Assembly: GCA_050084985.1 (NCBI GenBank)
Contig: JBITNC010000001.1
Location: 141,856,001 to 141,920,000, forward strand
Source of the DNA: Nageia nagi
Lineage: Eukaryota; Plantae; Pinophyta
Direction: 5' to 3'
Length of the DNA: 64,000 nt
Shown here: piece after piece, positions 25,656 through 39,419 of the stretch
Numbering within the stretch: position 1 is the first letter of the stretch
Layout: each line of letters opens with the position of its first letter
The notes under the pieces: model-generated
The model's input: the letters and a program-made list of their open reading frames with translations, nothing else
What the model was told of the DNA's origin: nothing
The model's database searches: none
Program-made: the position numbers and the translations under genes

Positions 25656-26081
25656 ATCATACAAATTTATGCCATTTTACTTCCATTACTGAAGTTTATC
25701 CATTATGAATAAATGCCCATTTACTTCCATTGCTAGGAAGTGTATTTATGCATTGATTGAAGTTGAATCCATGTTAATGGATTAATGCTACCTTCATCCA
25801 TCATTTGCATCTTGACTAGTAGCATGGTCAAGGTGGCATTATTTGTGGTTTGTTCTACTCTATGAGTCAGTATTGTTGAGGGAGAACCTAAAACCTCTAA
25901 ATCAACATGTTTGTAAATAGAGAAGAACTTATGCATATTGAGTTATGGCCTTCTAGAGTCAAGATGGCATTATTTATGGCATGGTCAAAATGACATGATG
26001 TGGCTTGTAAATCCTAACTTAGTGACATAATAAATTTGGCATTTGGTTGGCTTAATGGCTTTTGCATAGCTTATGATTTTT

Positions 26082-27150
26082 TGTAATGTCCCAAAAATAA
26101 ATATTTTTGTAAATGTCTCCTACACTTAATTATGAAAGTGAAAAGGGGCTTATGTGACTAGGAGACATAACATTAAGTTATTTTCATTTATGTTTTATTT
26201 CTTTAAGTTGTAATAAAGCACTTTAAGTCAAATTAGGGTTTGGGGATGTCAACTTGAAATTAGATCTTCAAGCTATATAAGAGGATGGAGCGTCCCATTT
26301 TGAGTATGTATATGCTATTATATGACTTTGAATTTGAAACCCTAGGTTTCTTGAGAAAGGTTGTGCCCTACTCAAACTCCACCATTGTTTAGGAGACGTG
26401 CCCTAGCTCTGTTGGAGGCATTTGCTGTTGACAAGAGATGAGCCTTGTTGTTGCATTTGCAAACTAAGGAGATGTGCCCTTAGTCATTTGAAATTGCTGT
26501 GGAAGAAATCCAGCTAGTTTCATGGTGTTTTTGCTATTGTGTTTTGTGCCCTTGCTGCCCTAGAAGGGGTTTCCAGCTTTGTGAGCAATATTCAGCTAGA
26601 TTTTTGTGTTTTTTGAGTTAATAGAAACCCTAAGGGGGGTTTATCCCACTTTGGGGAGTTTTCCAGTTCATTTTATGTTCATATTTGAGTACCCTTTTGG
26701 ATGTTCTTTCATTGTATCCATTCAAAAAGTAATACAATTCTATTTTGACTGAATTTTCTAATTGCGATGCAACATTTGTGCTAATTTCTGTGTTTGAGTG
26801 TCCAGTTTTATGTAAAAATAAAAAATGAGTCATTTCATCTTTTGATCAAAGTGCCTTAGTGATTGAGTCATATGTATTTGAAACTCCTCTCAAGAATGGT
26901 GCATTAGTTGTTTAGGACAACGTAATGCTTAAAGACCATGAGATTGGAAGTTTGTAATAAATAAGAAAATGGCAAAATAGTTGATGTTTGGCCTTAGTAA
27001 GTATGCTTTGTCATAAATATTTATCCTTCTTTTAGGCCTTATCAATTGTAGAGATTCAAATCCTTGTGTAAGGATAAAGCCATAAGGGCATCTCAAGTCC
27101 TCAAATTGGTGGATTTAGATAGGTCCATGTCATTTAAAAATACTTCCCAT
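26082..27150 (+). mobile_element. LTR-like fragment of another family
   Basis: Starts TGTAATGTCCC, with TATA-like ctatataag at ~26273 and aaaccctag motifs. End and TSD not resolved. Confidence 0.4.
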
Positions 27151-29345
27151 GATGACCTTAGTAGAATAACTTGTGGGTATCTACTCGAAACATAATATTC
27201 AAATCTTTGGGATTTCAAAACCTTTGTTGAAAATCAGACTGATTTTAAAATCAAGATGTTGAGAATTGACATTAGAGGTGAATATAATAGCAATGAGTTT
27301 AATGGCTTTTGTGCCAAATACGGGATATGGATAGGTGCATGTTGGGAAATATCCCTAGTTTCGTATGGGGTGAGGTTGTGAACACTACGATCTATACCTT
27401 GAATAAGTTCTCTACGAAAGCAATTGAAGGCAAAACCTTATATAAGGCATGGACAGGAAAGGAACCTAACATCTCTCACCTTAGGCTTTTTTTTGGTTGT
27501 GATGCGTATGCCTTCATTGTTTCTAAGAAAAGGAAGAAGTTGGACAACAGATTCGAAAGGTGCATCTTTGTGGGCTATGACAGTCAACATAGTGCTTACA
27601 AGCTCTACTCTCCTTCCTTTAAAGCAGTGTTCATCTTGAGGGATGTAAAGTTCAATGAACTTCATGAAGAATCTGTTTCTTGTAAGAACCTAGATGATTT
27701 TGATGACTTTTCTGTCGCACCTAACTGGTTGGATATCCGTGTAGATAAGACACCTCATGAGAAAACTTCGCTCACACAAAGGATAACGAGAAGTATGACC
27801 TTCATCAAATCCTTATTTGCTAAAATTGATAGCAAGAATGAGTCCTCATCATTCAAAGAAGCTTCGAAGCACGAATACTGGATGGAAGCCATGAAAGTAG
27901 AGAATGAGGCTCCGATGAAAAATCAAACTTGGGATTTGGTTCCCTATCCCAATAAATGAAAAGTGATTGGCAATAAGTGGATTTACAAGGTTAAATACAA
28001 TTCAGCTGGAGAAATTGAGAAATACAAGGCAAGGTTAGTAGCCAAAGGTTTCACCCAGAAATACAGAGTTGATTATGAAGAAACCTTTGCTCCAGTGGCA
28101 AATATTCCCATATTTAGGTTAATCTTTGCTCTTTCAGTAGCTCAGGGATGGAAAGTTTTTTTAACTTGATGTAAAGAGTGTTTTTTTTTTCAAAGGTGAC
28201 TTAGATGTGGAGATCTATATGAATCAACTAGAAGGGTTTGTTGTGGGCAAGCTAAAGAAGTCTTTGTATGGACTTAAGGCAAACATCTAGAACTTGGTAC
28301 AAAAGGATTTCAAGATACTTTGCGGACATTAGGTTCTCTAAGTGCTTCTCCGATTCAGATCTATATGTGCTCAATCAGGGACAAGACATAGTCTTGATTC
28401 TTCTCTATGTGGATGATCTTTTGATCATAGGAAATAATGATGAAATCATCCAAGAGTGCATATCCAAACTTAAGGCAACATTTGAAATAATTGATCTTGG
28501 TCTTTTGCACTACTATCTTGGTATGCAAGTGTACCAATACAAGAAGTGTACCTACTTTAGTCAATCCAAGTATACTTCAGATATATTGGAAAAGTTTGGA
28601 ATGTGTGAGTGCAAACATGCTACGATACTAGTCTCTCCTAGAATCACTCTAACTCTTAACTCCAACTCTCAGTTGACAGATGCTACGTATAATAGGCAAC
28701 TAATTGGTATTCTTCTTTATTTGACTATCTTCATACCAGATATGCCTTTGCAGTAAATCTTATGGCATGGTTTATACAAAAACCGTATGTTGAGCACCGC
28801 AATGCTATTAAGCAAATCTTGAGGTATGTTGTAGGAAGAAGGATCTTGGTCTCAGGTATTCCAAGTTGCCTTCGTTTGTTCTCTCAGCGTACTCAGATTT
28901 TGACTATGGGGGAGATAGAGATGACAAAATCAACCTCTGTTTGTGTCTAGTATTGGTTTAGGTGCTATCTCTCGGGTTTCTAAGAAGCAACCTATTACTG
29001 CTCTCTCCACCACAGAGGCAAGATATCGAGCCATGTTAGTCGTGACGCAAGAAGCCATTTGGTTAAGGTATCTTTTGAAAGAAATTGGGTATAAGTAGGC
29101 TCATCCATCGCAAATCTCTTAAGATAATCAGTCGGCTATAGCTTTGGCAAAGAACCATGTTTTTTATCAAAGAACAAAATATGTTGAAATCCAAGCACAG
29201 TTTATCATGGAGAAGGTTTTGGATAGTATCCTACAATTGTAGTATTGTCCATCAGTTCTAAACTCCATTAATTTGTACACCAAGCCCCTTCCTAAAGCTC
29301 AATTTTGTAAGCTCAGGGAATTTATTAGGTTGGTGAAGTTGCCCT
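27150..29345 (+). pseudogene. Copia pol remnant (INT-RT-RH)
   Basis: KIKMLRIDIRGEY; WGEVVNTTIYTLN; RCIFVGY; KYKARLVAKGFTQ; LLYVDDLLI; RH region with ALSTTE and KYVEI-like motifs. Order INT-RT-RH. Confidence 0.92.
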
Positions 29346-29355
29346 CAAGGGGGAA

Positions 29356-30675
29356 TGAAGGTTGAATTCTTGTTGAATTCATGTTTGTGATGACAACTTC
29401 ATCTTTAGAAGGATTTTTTGGCTGTATAGTGTTGATCTTTTGTATACTCCTTAATGGTTAGTTTGCTCTGTGTGAAGAACTATTACATTTTTTAGCATAT
29501 GATGGCTTCTACTATCACTATTTCAATTATCCATATGTGAGGAATCAATATGTGCTTTTTGGCATTGTTTAGTTATCCATATGTGAAGAACTCGTATGTG
29601 CTTATGCTCTATTTTTTATGACTGATCAACACGTTTTTTTATACAGCAAGTGACTGAGTATTGGCTTGGCATCTTTGTGATGACTTATAATGCACCATTG
29701 ATCAGTTTATGAATGACATTAATTGATTCATCTATCTTATGTTGATATGAATGTTAATATAATGCATCTGACTGATCTTGTTTATGAGCTGCTTGTAGCT
29801 TGCAAGTTTGTTCTTGAGAGTGTAGGTTACCTACTTCAAGTGAGCAAACTCATGGAGGCTCATCAGGTCAACTTGTGGTTGAATGACTACTTTGTACAGT
29901 GAAACCAATTGTTGTTAATGATTGTATTGTTAACTATTTTGTCAAATGGTAAAGTAGCAAGTCTCAATCTAAGATCTTGTTTATTTTTCAAGGATGTAAA
30001 TGTTCTCATCTTCGATTGTATCTTTATGAAGGAGAACTCTCTTTTACTCTCTATTTCTTCTCGTCTCTTTTCTGTACCCCAATATTGCATTAAGGGGGAG
30101 TGTTGGAATGTATAATGCATTATTGTATGGTTTCTTAATATAATTCACTTAATACTTAAGTATCCCTAAATACCGTAAGTATTTAGTGAATATGATAATG
30201 TAAATTCACTAATACTTAAAAGTATCCCTAGATACCTTTTAAGTATTTATGAATAAGATAATGTAACTTGTTCTATACTCCATATAATGAGCATTCCCCT
30301 TGGGTAAAAGGGTGATGCATATCATGAGTCTCATGACATTGTACAATGGTTGAAAGGGTGATTCAAAGGAGAATTTTGACCTATAAATAGAAGGCCCTCT
30401 CTTTGAGATTACTTACTCAAGTTTGTAGCAAAGTTATGCTCTTGTTTAGGTTATAGGAGAAGTGAGAAAGGGTTGTTGTAAGAGAGTGCTATTTGAGAAT
30501 AAGAAGATCTTAGATTAGTCGATGTACTCCCATGGTTGGAGGAACCATTTTATATTGGTGTCATCTTGTATGAATGCTATTTTGAGTTTGTGTCCTTAAT
30601 GCTTAAGGAATTTAAGAGAGCTTTCATATGATCTTGGGTAAATAGGAATTTAGTTTTATAGGCTTAGTTCTTTCA
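29356..30675 (+). repeat. 3' LTR of Copia element (~1.3 kb)
   Basis: Preceded by the PPT. TGAA...TTCA inverted termini. TATA ctataaata at ~30381. Followed by TSD AAACA. Confidence 0.7.
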
Positions 30676-30680
30676 AAACA

Positions 30681-33600
30681 CTACTTAGGCAAGCTTACCC
30701 TCCCCTCAAAACACTAATAAGGATTTAGCTAGATCATAGATCTAAAAGCTAAACACATACCTCGAGAAACACTCCAAGGAGTAGGCACAGTAGCAAGGGT
30801 CAATAAAAGCATATATTGTTGATTTCCACAAAATTTCTGTCATGATACATGGCATTTCAGAAGAGAGATTGATCTATATGTTCATAGAGGGTTCGAGGGA
30901 ACCCACCCAAGGGTTTGTTAATGCTTTTGATCCCAATTCACTCCAAGCAGCAATAAAGAAAACACTTGCATTGGATAACTCTTCTCCCTAGAAATCTTCT
31001 TTGGGATAATCATATAAAAGAACTACTATGGGAAGAACACCAACATCTTTCAGTTAACCATACAAGCCTTTTCCACAAGGGCTAGGAGCTGGTCTCTCTT
31101 ACCCTTATAATCAGTCAAGTACCAATTGTACATGGAAGAGAGAACGAAACCAAGAGATGACCCGAAGTGATATGAGAAGGAAACAACTATACATCACATG
31201 CAGAGATCCATGGATTCCCTCACATCATTGCATAGGAAAAGGCTAAGTACACCTTATTGAGGTGTACTTTGATGAAGAGGATGAATCTAAAGTAGAAGTA
31301 CAATAATGAGAAAATGAAGGGGAGGAGACATTATAGTTTGTTGATACAAAAACAATGGAAGAGGTGGAGGCACATACCACCATAGTAGCACTTTTAAGAG
31401 CTCCTAGATATCACTCTTTTAGAGTGAAGAGAAAAATTGGTGGGCAACAAATTGTAGCCCTCATTGATGGCAAAGCCACTAATAACTTCATAGATCAAGG
31501 AGTAGTGGCCCACTTCTATTTAAAAACATAAAAGTTTGAAGGCTTTGATGTGTTGGTAGTTGATTGTTATTCTATTTCTTCCAAACAAGAAGTAAAGCAA
31601 CTTATTGTGCTTTTGGATGGACAATAAATCACCTATGATTTCTATGTCATTCCCCTTGAAGGAGCACATTTAGTGTTTGAAGTGCAATGGTTGCACTCTT
31701 TGGGTGAATTCACACAAATTTATCAAAATCTTACTCTCAAGTTTAAGGAAAAAGGGCAAGAGAAGACTATCAAGGGATAAGCCTTAGAGGAAGTACACAT
31801 CGTCACTACAAATAGAATTAAAAGAGTCATATGAAAAGGTCAAGTGGAATGGATTGCTATCTACCATATTGATAAAGAAATTCCAAAAGACAAAGTCACC
31901 ATCGTTGAGGTAACTTACCCGCTTGAAATTCAAGCTTTTCTCACAAAATATTTTGTTGTGCTTAATGATATACTTGCTAGTCTTCCATCGGATAGAGTTC
32001 TTTAGCATAGCATTCAACTAGAACTAGGGACTAGACGCATTCAACTAGAACTAGGGACTAGACATATTACTGTCACACCCTCTAGGCCCCCTTGGAGTTT
32101 TGACAATGAGATTGAGTATGCCATGAAAAAATTACTCACTTTAGGACATATCCATTCTAGTACTAGCTCCTTCGCATCCCTAGTTGTCATGGTCAAGAAA
32201 AGATATGGGACATGAAGAATGTGCATTGATTACTAGGCCTTAATTAAGAAAACCATTAAGAACCAATATTCTATTCCATGTGTTGAGTTGATTGATGAGC
32301 TACATGGAGCAACATTCCTTTTGAAAATTGATCTATGTTCAGGGAACCATCAGATTTGGGTTAAACATGAGGACACTTTCAAGATTGCTTTCTGATATCA
32401 CTATGGCCATTTCAAGTTTTTGATGATAGGCTTTGGATTGACGAATACACCAACCACTTTCCAATCGAGCCATGAATGAGGTATTTAGGCCATATTTACA
32501 AAAAATTGTATTGGTCTTCTTTGATGACAACAAAACTTGGGGGGAACATAAAAAACAATTGAATATCGTATTGGCTATCCTCCAACAACAACAATTCTTT
32601 GTTAAATAGAGCAAGTGTAGGTTTGGCTTGAAGAAAATTTTGTACCTTAGCCATGTATCAAAGAGGAAGGAGTGGAAATGGATCAATTGAAGATCCAAAT
32701 AGTGCAAGAGTGGCTTTCTTCGAAAACTCTCACACAATTGCATGGGTTTGTGGGGTTATGTAGTTGTTATCAAAGGTTCAACAAGGGATTTTCACAACTC
32801 ATTGCCCCCTTGATTGAACTTACAAAAAGGGGTGCTTCCCAAAGGTCACCCAAAGCAAAAAAAGCCTTCAAACCAAGGTTGTCACGGATTGGGGGATGGG
32901 GAAACAATGGGACGAGTCCCCAGGGACAGTAGGGGACGACGACCCGATTTTAGGAAACGCAAGGGGGACGACAAGTATATATATACTAACAAATCCCCAA
33001 AATTTTCAAATTTAAGAAAAGTAGATACTAGATATAGTTTTAATGTTTCATTCATCATTAGCATTCATGATTCATCCATGGACCAATTTAAATGTGTAAC
33101 ATACTTTGAAAATGAAAATCTGTAACTACTAACATACTAACAAGCAACATGTAACATGTAACATGATTATAAAATGAAAATCATAAATCTGAATCATAAA
33201 TGATAAATCAGAATGAGCCATAAATATAGTCTAATAATCATAATGCCATTAAGTTTGAATATGCTAAAGTCCAAAAACATAGTCTTTGACATGAATATGT
33301 CAAATAAGTCAAAAATGACAAATAGGTGTAAATGATAAAATGATTGCAATGTGAATATAAAGGCATGTTTTTAGTGTTGGAGGGGTGGAGACCCTTGTGG
33401 GACCCAACCCCCTAAGGTTTATGAAAAAAAGATGAGATTTTGTTTTTAGTGTGTAAGAGGGGGAGAGAGGGGGGAGGGCGGGAGGACGGTCAGCCATCCC
33501 TCAATCGTCCCCTTTTCAAAAATTTAAAAGGAAACGCCCTTGGGGCTTGGAAAAACATCTTGGGGGTGTCCCCTTCGTATGCCCTAAGAAGGGGATGGCG

Positions 33601-34571
33601 GGGAAACGTCCCCTGAGGTGTCCCCTAGTCTTGGGGATATGAGGGATGGGGAAACGAAAAAAAAGGGGGTGACACGTCCCCTGATAACATTACTTCAAAC
33701 GCTTTAAAACTTGATGTGTTCAAACCCTAACCTTGTTGTACTAGCCTTCTTCAAGTAAGTGGTAAGAATGACATCTTTGTGATGGTAGACCGACTTATGA
33801 AGTTTGCACATTTCTTGTCCATTTCTCGTACATATACAACCCCACAAGTGGTTGATCTATTCTTTAAAGAAGCGTTCTGTTTGCATGGGTTACCTCACAA
33901 TATTGTAAGTGATAGAGATTCTAGATTCACAAGTACTTTTTGGCAAGAGTTGTTGAAACTCACGGGGATCAAATTAACACCAGTACCAATTATCATCCCC
34001 AAATTGATGGCCCAATAGAGATAGCAAATAAATGGACCAAGGGATATTGAAGAAGTTACGCCATGAATCATCAATTAGCTTGGGTTAAATAGCTACACTT
34101 GGGAGAATACTGGCTACAACACCACTCATCATTTGTCCATTGGCATGTCTCCCTTCAAGGCATTGTGCATTGTATGGGTATGATGCACCTACATTCTTAG
34201 AACTAGTCATAACAAAAACTCAAGCATCTACTACCCAATATTTTGTAGAGCAAAGTAAATGGATTTTGGTGGGATTGAAGGATCAGCTACAATGGGCTCA
34301 AAACCAACAAAAGTTATTCACTAATAGGTGTTGAATTGATTGTACTTTTGAGGTTGGAGATTTGGTCTTCCTTTGGCTATAACCCTAATGACAATCCTCA
34401 TTAAAGAAGAGTGGAGCTGAGAAATTAAAATTGTGCTTCTATAGTCATTACAAAGTAATCCAACAAATTGGCGAAGTGGCATATGAATTGGGGCTTCCCT
34501 CTAATAACAAACTTCATAATGGATTTCCTGTCTCATGTTTAAAAAAGGCCATTGGGCAACAAATTACACCT
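30681..34571 (+). pseudogene. Chromovirus gag-PR-RT-INT remnant
   Basis: Knuckle ITCRDPWIPSHHC; protease LIDGKATNNFI; RT ...MCIDY.ALIKKTI; INT MVDRLMKFAHF...LHGLPHNIVSDRDSRFTSTFWQEL; YKVIQQIGEVAYEL. RH is largely deleted. Confidence 0.88.
32874..33692. mobile_element. Non-autonomous hAT MITE (819 bp)
   Basis: Perfect 8-bp TSD CTTCAAAC at 32866-32873 and 33693-33700. TIR CAAGGTTGTCA vs reverse-complement TAATGTTATCA. GGGGAC/GTCCCC subterminal repeats. Confidence 0.9.
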
Positions 34572-35576
34572 TGTAATATCCCCATTTTTCATATTTTTAT
34601 TGCATATATTTGTGGTGAGGAGATTTGGTGTGATAAAGGTATTTTGGTTAAGGTGTGGTGTGAGAGTGAAATGTTGTGTGGATTTAAAAAATAAATAAAA
34701 AAAATAAAAGCGGGGCAAATTTGTTATTAGAGACATAATATTACTTTTAATTTTATTTTTAAGGAGTAATAAGGTAAGTCACTTAAGTGATATAATAAAG
34801 TGCAACCTCAACGAAGAATTATAACATTTGGCTGTAAAAGGAGATGAGGGGCATTCATTTGGGCATGCTTGGATTAGAATTGAATTTTATTCGGAGTTTG
34901 TCCGATTTCATTCTTGTAGATGAAAACCCCAAGAGAAAGCCTTAAGGACGAAAACCTTTATGGCTTGCGGGCTTAAGGATGAAAACCCTTGAGTTCTCCA
35001 TTGCTGAATTCACCCAGGACAAACATTTGTGCTTCATTGGCCACATTGACATTCAAGATCAACATTTGAAGCATTGGAGAGAGGCATTCAGCATTGGTGG
35101 AGCAGCATATCTCCTCTTTGATTCAAACATCCAACCATTTGGAGTATTTTGAGTGATTTTTGTTCATCTTTTAGGTAGATTTGGTATACCAAGTGGGACG
35201 TCCTACCCTAGGAGGCATTTTCCTATGTTTTGCATTCATTTTGAAGCTCCCGGAGGGGTCATTCAGTTGGAGAAAAGCAAAGTGATGTTTTGAGCATTCA
35301 TATCTGTTCGCCCAACCTCTATGGCATTTTTGTGCTCATTGGATACTTGTACTTGTTCTCCTTGGTGAATAATAATTGCTTGGCACTCATTTTTTATTTT
35401 TCTTGGCAATTCTGGTGCATATTTTAGAGCAATTACAGATCTGGTTTGTGGCATAATTTCTGAAATTATTTACAAATATTTTGAGTAATATTGCAGATCT
35501 AGTTTATTGGAAAATTTTGGCAAAAAATTTGAAATTGTTTTGAGTATTTTTATCAGCCTTAGTTTGGCTCATCACA
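34572..35576 (+). repeat. 5' LTR of LARD-like element
   Basis: TGTAATATCCCC...catcaca, followed by the PBS. Confidence 0.9.
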
Positions 35577-35689
35577 GTAGTATCAGAGCCTTGATCTTGC
35601 CATCCTATGGAAAGATCAAGCAGATCAAGAAGAGATCTAATAGATTCAGTAATTTTCAACCTAAGACATATTGTTCATGAATTAAATGA

Positions 35690-38600
35690 AGATATGATGA
35701 GTGTGGACAAGGATGACAATAACAAGATGGTGAATTGGTCGAGGAAAAAATTGATAACACCTTGCCACATAAGGCACAAAAGATAGGTGGGAATTTAGTT
35801 GATGTAGCGGAAAATGCAAGTGTTGAAATTCTCTTCATGAAGAAGAATTTTGATGTTCCTAGCCCAAGCAAATCAAATCAGAAATTTGAAGAAATGAAGT
35901 GGCGGAAGACGAAGTTGAGCACATTCTTGAAGAGCATGAGCAGCTGGAAGAAAAATGCAAAACAGAAAATATTGATGACAAATCAGAATTGTATGGTCTT
36001 GATCTACAACTTAGTAATGATAGAGTTGGTGAGTATTGCTTTGATTTGGAAAGTGAACACGAGTTTCACAATGAGCAAATTCTTTCAAAAGAAAGACATT
36101 GGCCATTTGACATATGGGATCCAGGTATTTCAGTACCTAGTTATGATAAGGGACTAGTTTGGGATGAACTTTATCCTGAACAAAGAGCTGTTCAAAATTC
36201 ATCATTCATGAATGGTTCTGACTTAGAAGGTCCATCATCACATGGAGCAGATTTCATTCATGAGCTTTGCAAGGAAAATGATAACACACATGACAAATTC
36301 GTTGAAGAGAAATTTCATGAAGTATTACCACGTGAGGTATATTTGATACAATTCCAAAATATTTTTCTTGAAATTCACACATCTACATATATTAGGATAT
36401 AGTTGATACAGATGACAAGATTGTTGTAAAGAAGCGTGATGTAGATGAGTGTGTTGGGGTTTCCAAATCAGTTGGTGATGATAATAGTTTGGATGGATAT
36501 GGGTTAGATCTCCAAACAAAATTCTTGAATAGAAGCAGACACACTAGTTCCATCCCTTTTGATTTGAAGAATGATGTATGGGAGGAATCAATTCCTCATA
36601 AGAACCACAATACTCCTTCAGATCAGCTCTTAGTTCCTTGGGATCCAGGTGTTTTGGTATCAAGGTATGATGAAGGCATGGAGGCTATTAGAGGCTTCTC
36701 TTTTGCAGATTCAGCTCTTGAAGGAAAGTGTTCAGATTTGGAGATCCTAGAAGAGGGTAATACACACTCACCTTGCACTAACGCAGATTTGATATCTTCG
36801 TTAACAAACCTATTGCACTCATCATCTACGTCCCACAACATCACTCTCCAATATGTCAACTCAGCTGGGAAAGTTTTGGGAATAACTTGCAACAATTTTG
36901 AAGGACTCGGAGCAAATTATGACGCTACTGTTAGGAAGAAATTAGACCTGATATAGACACTATCTGAGCAAATGAATATCAGTCCTAGACCTCTTTCACC
37001 CATTACATCGGTTGGAAACATCAATGGACTATTAAGGAATGTCTTGGCAAAAGTTTTGAAGATTTGTTTGATGACTGTGCATACAAAACCAGCTTTAATC
37101 AGAGGTACACCAGACCTGTCCACACCCAGTTTAACTGCATCAATTTACCTAGGACAGCTTGGAAAAGATTGGCGAATGGTTGCACAAGGCTACAACTCAG
37201 TTTTGGGCGCACAATTGACAGCTTTTCACACTATATCAGACCTGACTTTTCTCAGTTTTGAGGCACTTAGGCATACACAGATCATTGGAGACAGTTGAGA
37301 GCACATCTTCAGTTTTGGGATGTTTGGGTGAGCATGTCCGCCTCTTGGAGTCATCTCTACATTTGTTAGGATCATGCATCAGCCATGATATTACTCCCAT
37401 AAGGTATAAGTTTCATCTTGATTTTTATAGCTGCAGATTGAGATATTTTGGCACTCCTGAATTAGTGGCAACAATGTGCTTGATAAGACTAATGATGTCT
37501 AAGAAGTATAGGACTCTTGTACAACATGATGTCCTAGAAGTAACCACAATACCCCTCACTGTTGACACTTCATTGGTTGCTGTTTGCACTATGAGAACAT
37601 GGTCTTTGGGTTGTATATGATGACATACTGCCTGCTCAGTATAAAAGGATTGTTGTTTTTCTTGGGAATAATTTGGGGGTTGCCATTCACTTATCAAAGT
37701 CTGCACATGATGACAAGTCTGAGTTTCCTGTGTTTTGCTTAATGGGAGATGGCACTAGGAAGGTAAGGATGAGAGGAACTCTTTTGCTCATAAATTGGTT
37801 GGCAAGCAATAAAAGAGTACAGGTTATTTTACACACTCAAGCAATTGTCACAAAATTGTTAGAGGCAGCAAATATTATATGCACTGATATCATCACCTTG
37901 AGAACGTTGGGGAACCTTTTTAGGGTGAGGCTAGAGACTGCCCATGTAGGAAAAAGAGACGTGGCACAGACAGAGAATGTGACTCATGGTTGGGAGGTTG
38001 GAAAGATGTCATGGAAGCAACATAGTAAAGACTGTTGTTAACATGCTTGAGGCTACAATTTCCTTGATAGTTGAGGCTGATATCATGCTCTGGGAAATGA
38101 TTGCACTTGGGATTGAAGGAAGAATTGTAGCTGCACCTTTAGAAGGGGATTTGGGAGATGCTGTTCACATATTATGGGCTGCATTGTATGATCCGTTGAC
38201 TGTTGAATGTATGGAGCGCAAGGGAACTGGTGTTGTGATTGTTGATGACATTTTTGAGACTGTTTTGGTGGCTGCTGATAACACTCTCAGGAAGACTTCC
38301 TGGACAGCATTCTTTATATCTTGTAGCATCACTATGGGGGAAGAAGTGTTGGCAGTCCTTGGGGCAACAAAAGAGACTGTTATTACAAAGTGGAAGGTTG
38401 ATTGGGAAGCATTAGGGGCAGATTTTGGACTAATAAAAGCTGTCATGTGTTTCAGGCTTCACTCATTTGCTGCCTTTGAAGGGACAAAGAGGAGTCTCCA
38501 CATCACTTGCATTCCCAGTCTGGTTTCAGTTTTACTTCAGAACTGAGTTTGGGTCTGTTTTAGAAACATTAGAGATGGCGTTTGGTAATAGGTCCAGATT

Positions 38601-39411
38601 CTTCATAGCTACAGCATTTGGGTTGAGGAATTTTGAGGGTGCATTCTTGATGACACTTGTAAAGATAGTCAGGATTGAATTAAGAATGTTGTGGGCTGCA
38701 CTTTCGTCACCCTGGACAGTAGTCTTGATGATCTTTCCTGCTTGCATTCCCAGTCTGGTTTCAGTTTTACTTCAGAACTGAGTTTGGGTCTGTTTTAGAA
38801 ACATTAGAGATGGCATTTGGTAATAGGTCCAGATTCTTCATAGCTACGGCATTTGGGTTGAGGAATTTTGAGGGTGCATTCTTGATGACACTTGTAAAGA
38901 TAGTCAGGATTGAATTAAGAATGTTGTGGGCTGCACTTTCGTCACCCTGGACAGTAGTCTTGATGATCTTTCCTGCTAATTTTCGAATGTCATCTGAGGC
39001 TGCATATGATCTGATTTTTGGGGTAGTTTTCCCCATGAGATTTGAATCTTTTATAATGTCTTCCATGATGACTAGGACTATTCCCTCTCAGAATTTCAGG
39101 TATGTGAATTTTGTGAAGAATGATGAACATGAGTTGATGGATTTTATATGTGCTTGCTTGCAAGAAAAGAACAGTGACCATTTGTGGCAAAGATAGAACA
39201 CTTTCAGATAGTAGTAACAGCATGTGTAGGTCTTGATGTTGTCCTTGTACTACTGTTGGTTCTTGCCAAGGAGAAGAGGGTACAGTTTTGGTACATGGGA
39301 TTAACAGCTAGAATAGCACTACACCAACATGGAAGACCTACATCTTTCACATGGATTTGGGATGCTGGGATAACAATTGGTTTAAGCTTGATGATGAGAA
39401 GATGGTGTTGA
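35690..39411 (+). pseudogene. Decayed, unassigned coding-like region with recurring WDPG motif
   Basis: Plus-strand ORF pieces tile the interior (35899-36402, 36489-36956, 36972-37298, 37986-38546, 38810-39196, 39184-39411). Motifs IWDPGIS, PWDPGVL, IWDAGIT. Confidence 0.45.
38506..38975. repeat. Near-perfect tandem duplication, two copies of 235 bp
   Basis: 38506-38740 and 38741-38975; two substitutions seen. Confidence 0.95.
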
Positions 39412-39419
39412 AATTGTCT

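Larger units (their letters stand above)
22921..30675 (+). mobile_element. Ty1/copia LTR retrotransposon, rearranged, inserted in chromovirus gag
   Basis: Both LTR copies start TGAAGGTTGA (22921 and 29356, the latter after PPT aagggggaa). The element ends ctttca at 30675. TSD AAACA. Removing it restores host gag DLKHYLGKLTLP. Confidence 0.8.

Noticed and set aside
30700-30713. Alternative Copia right end (ca|aaaca at ~30708)
   Set aside because: 30675 gives inverted termini TGAA/TTCA and restores the host gag frame; this site does not.
36780-37260. LRR receptor kinase gene
   Set aside because: Only scattered LRR-like words without 24-aa periodicity. Not enough to call a gene; kept only as a hint in a finding.
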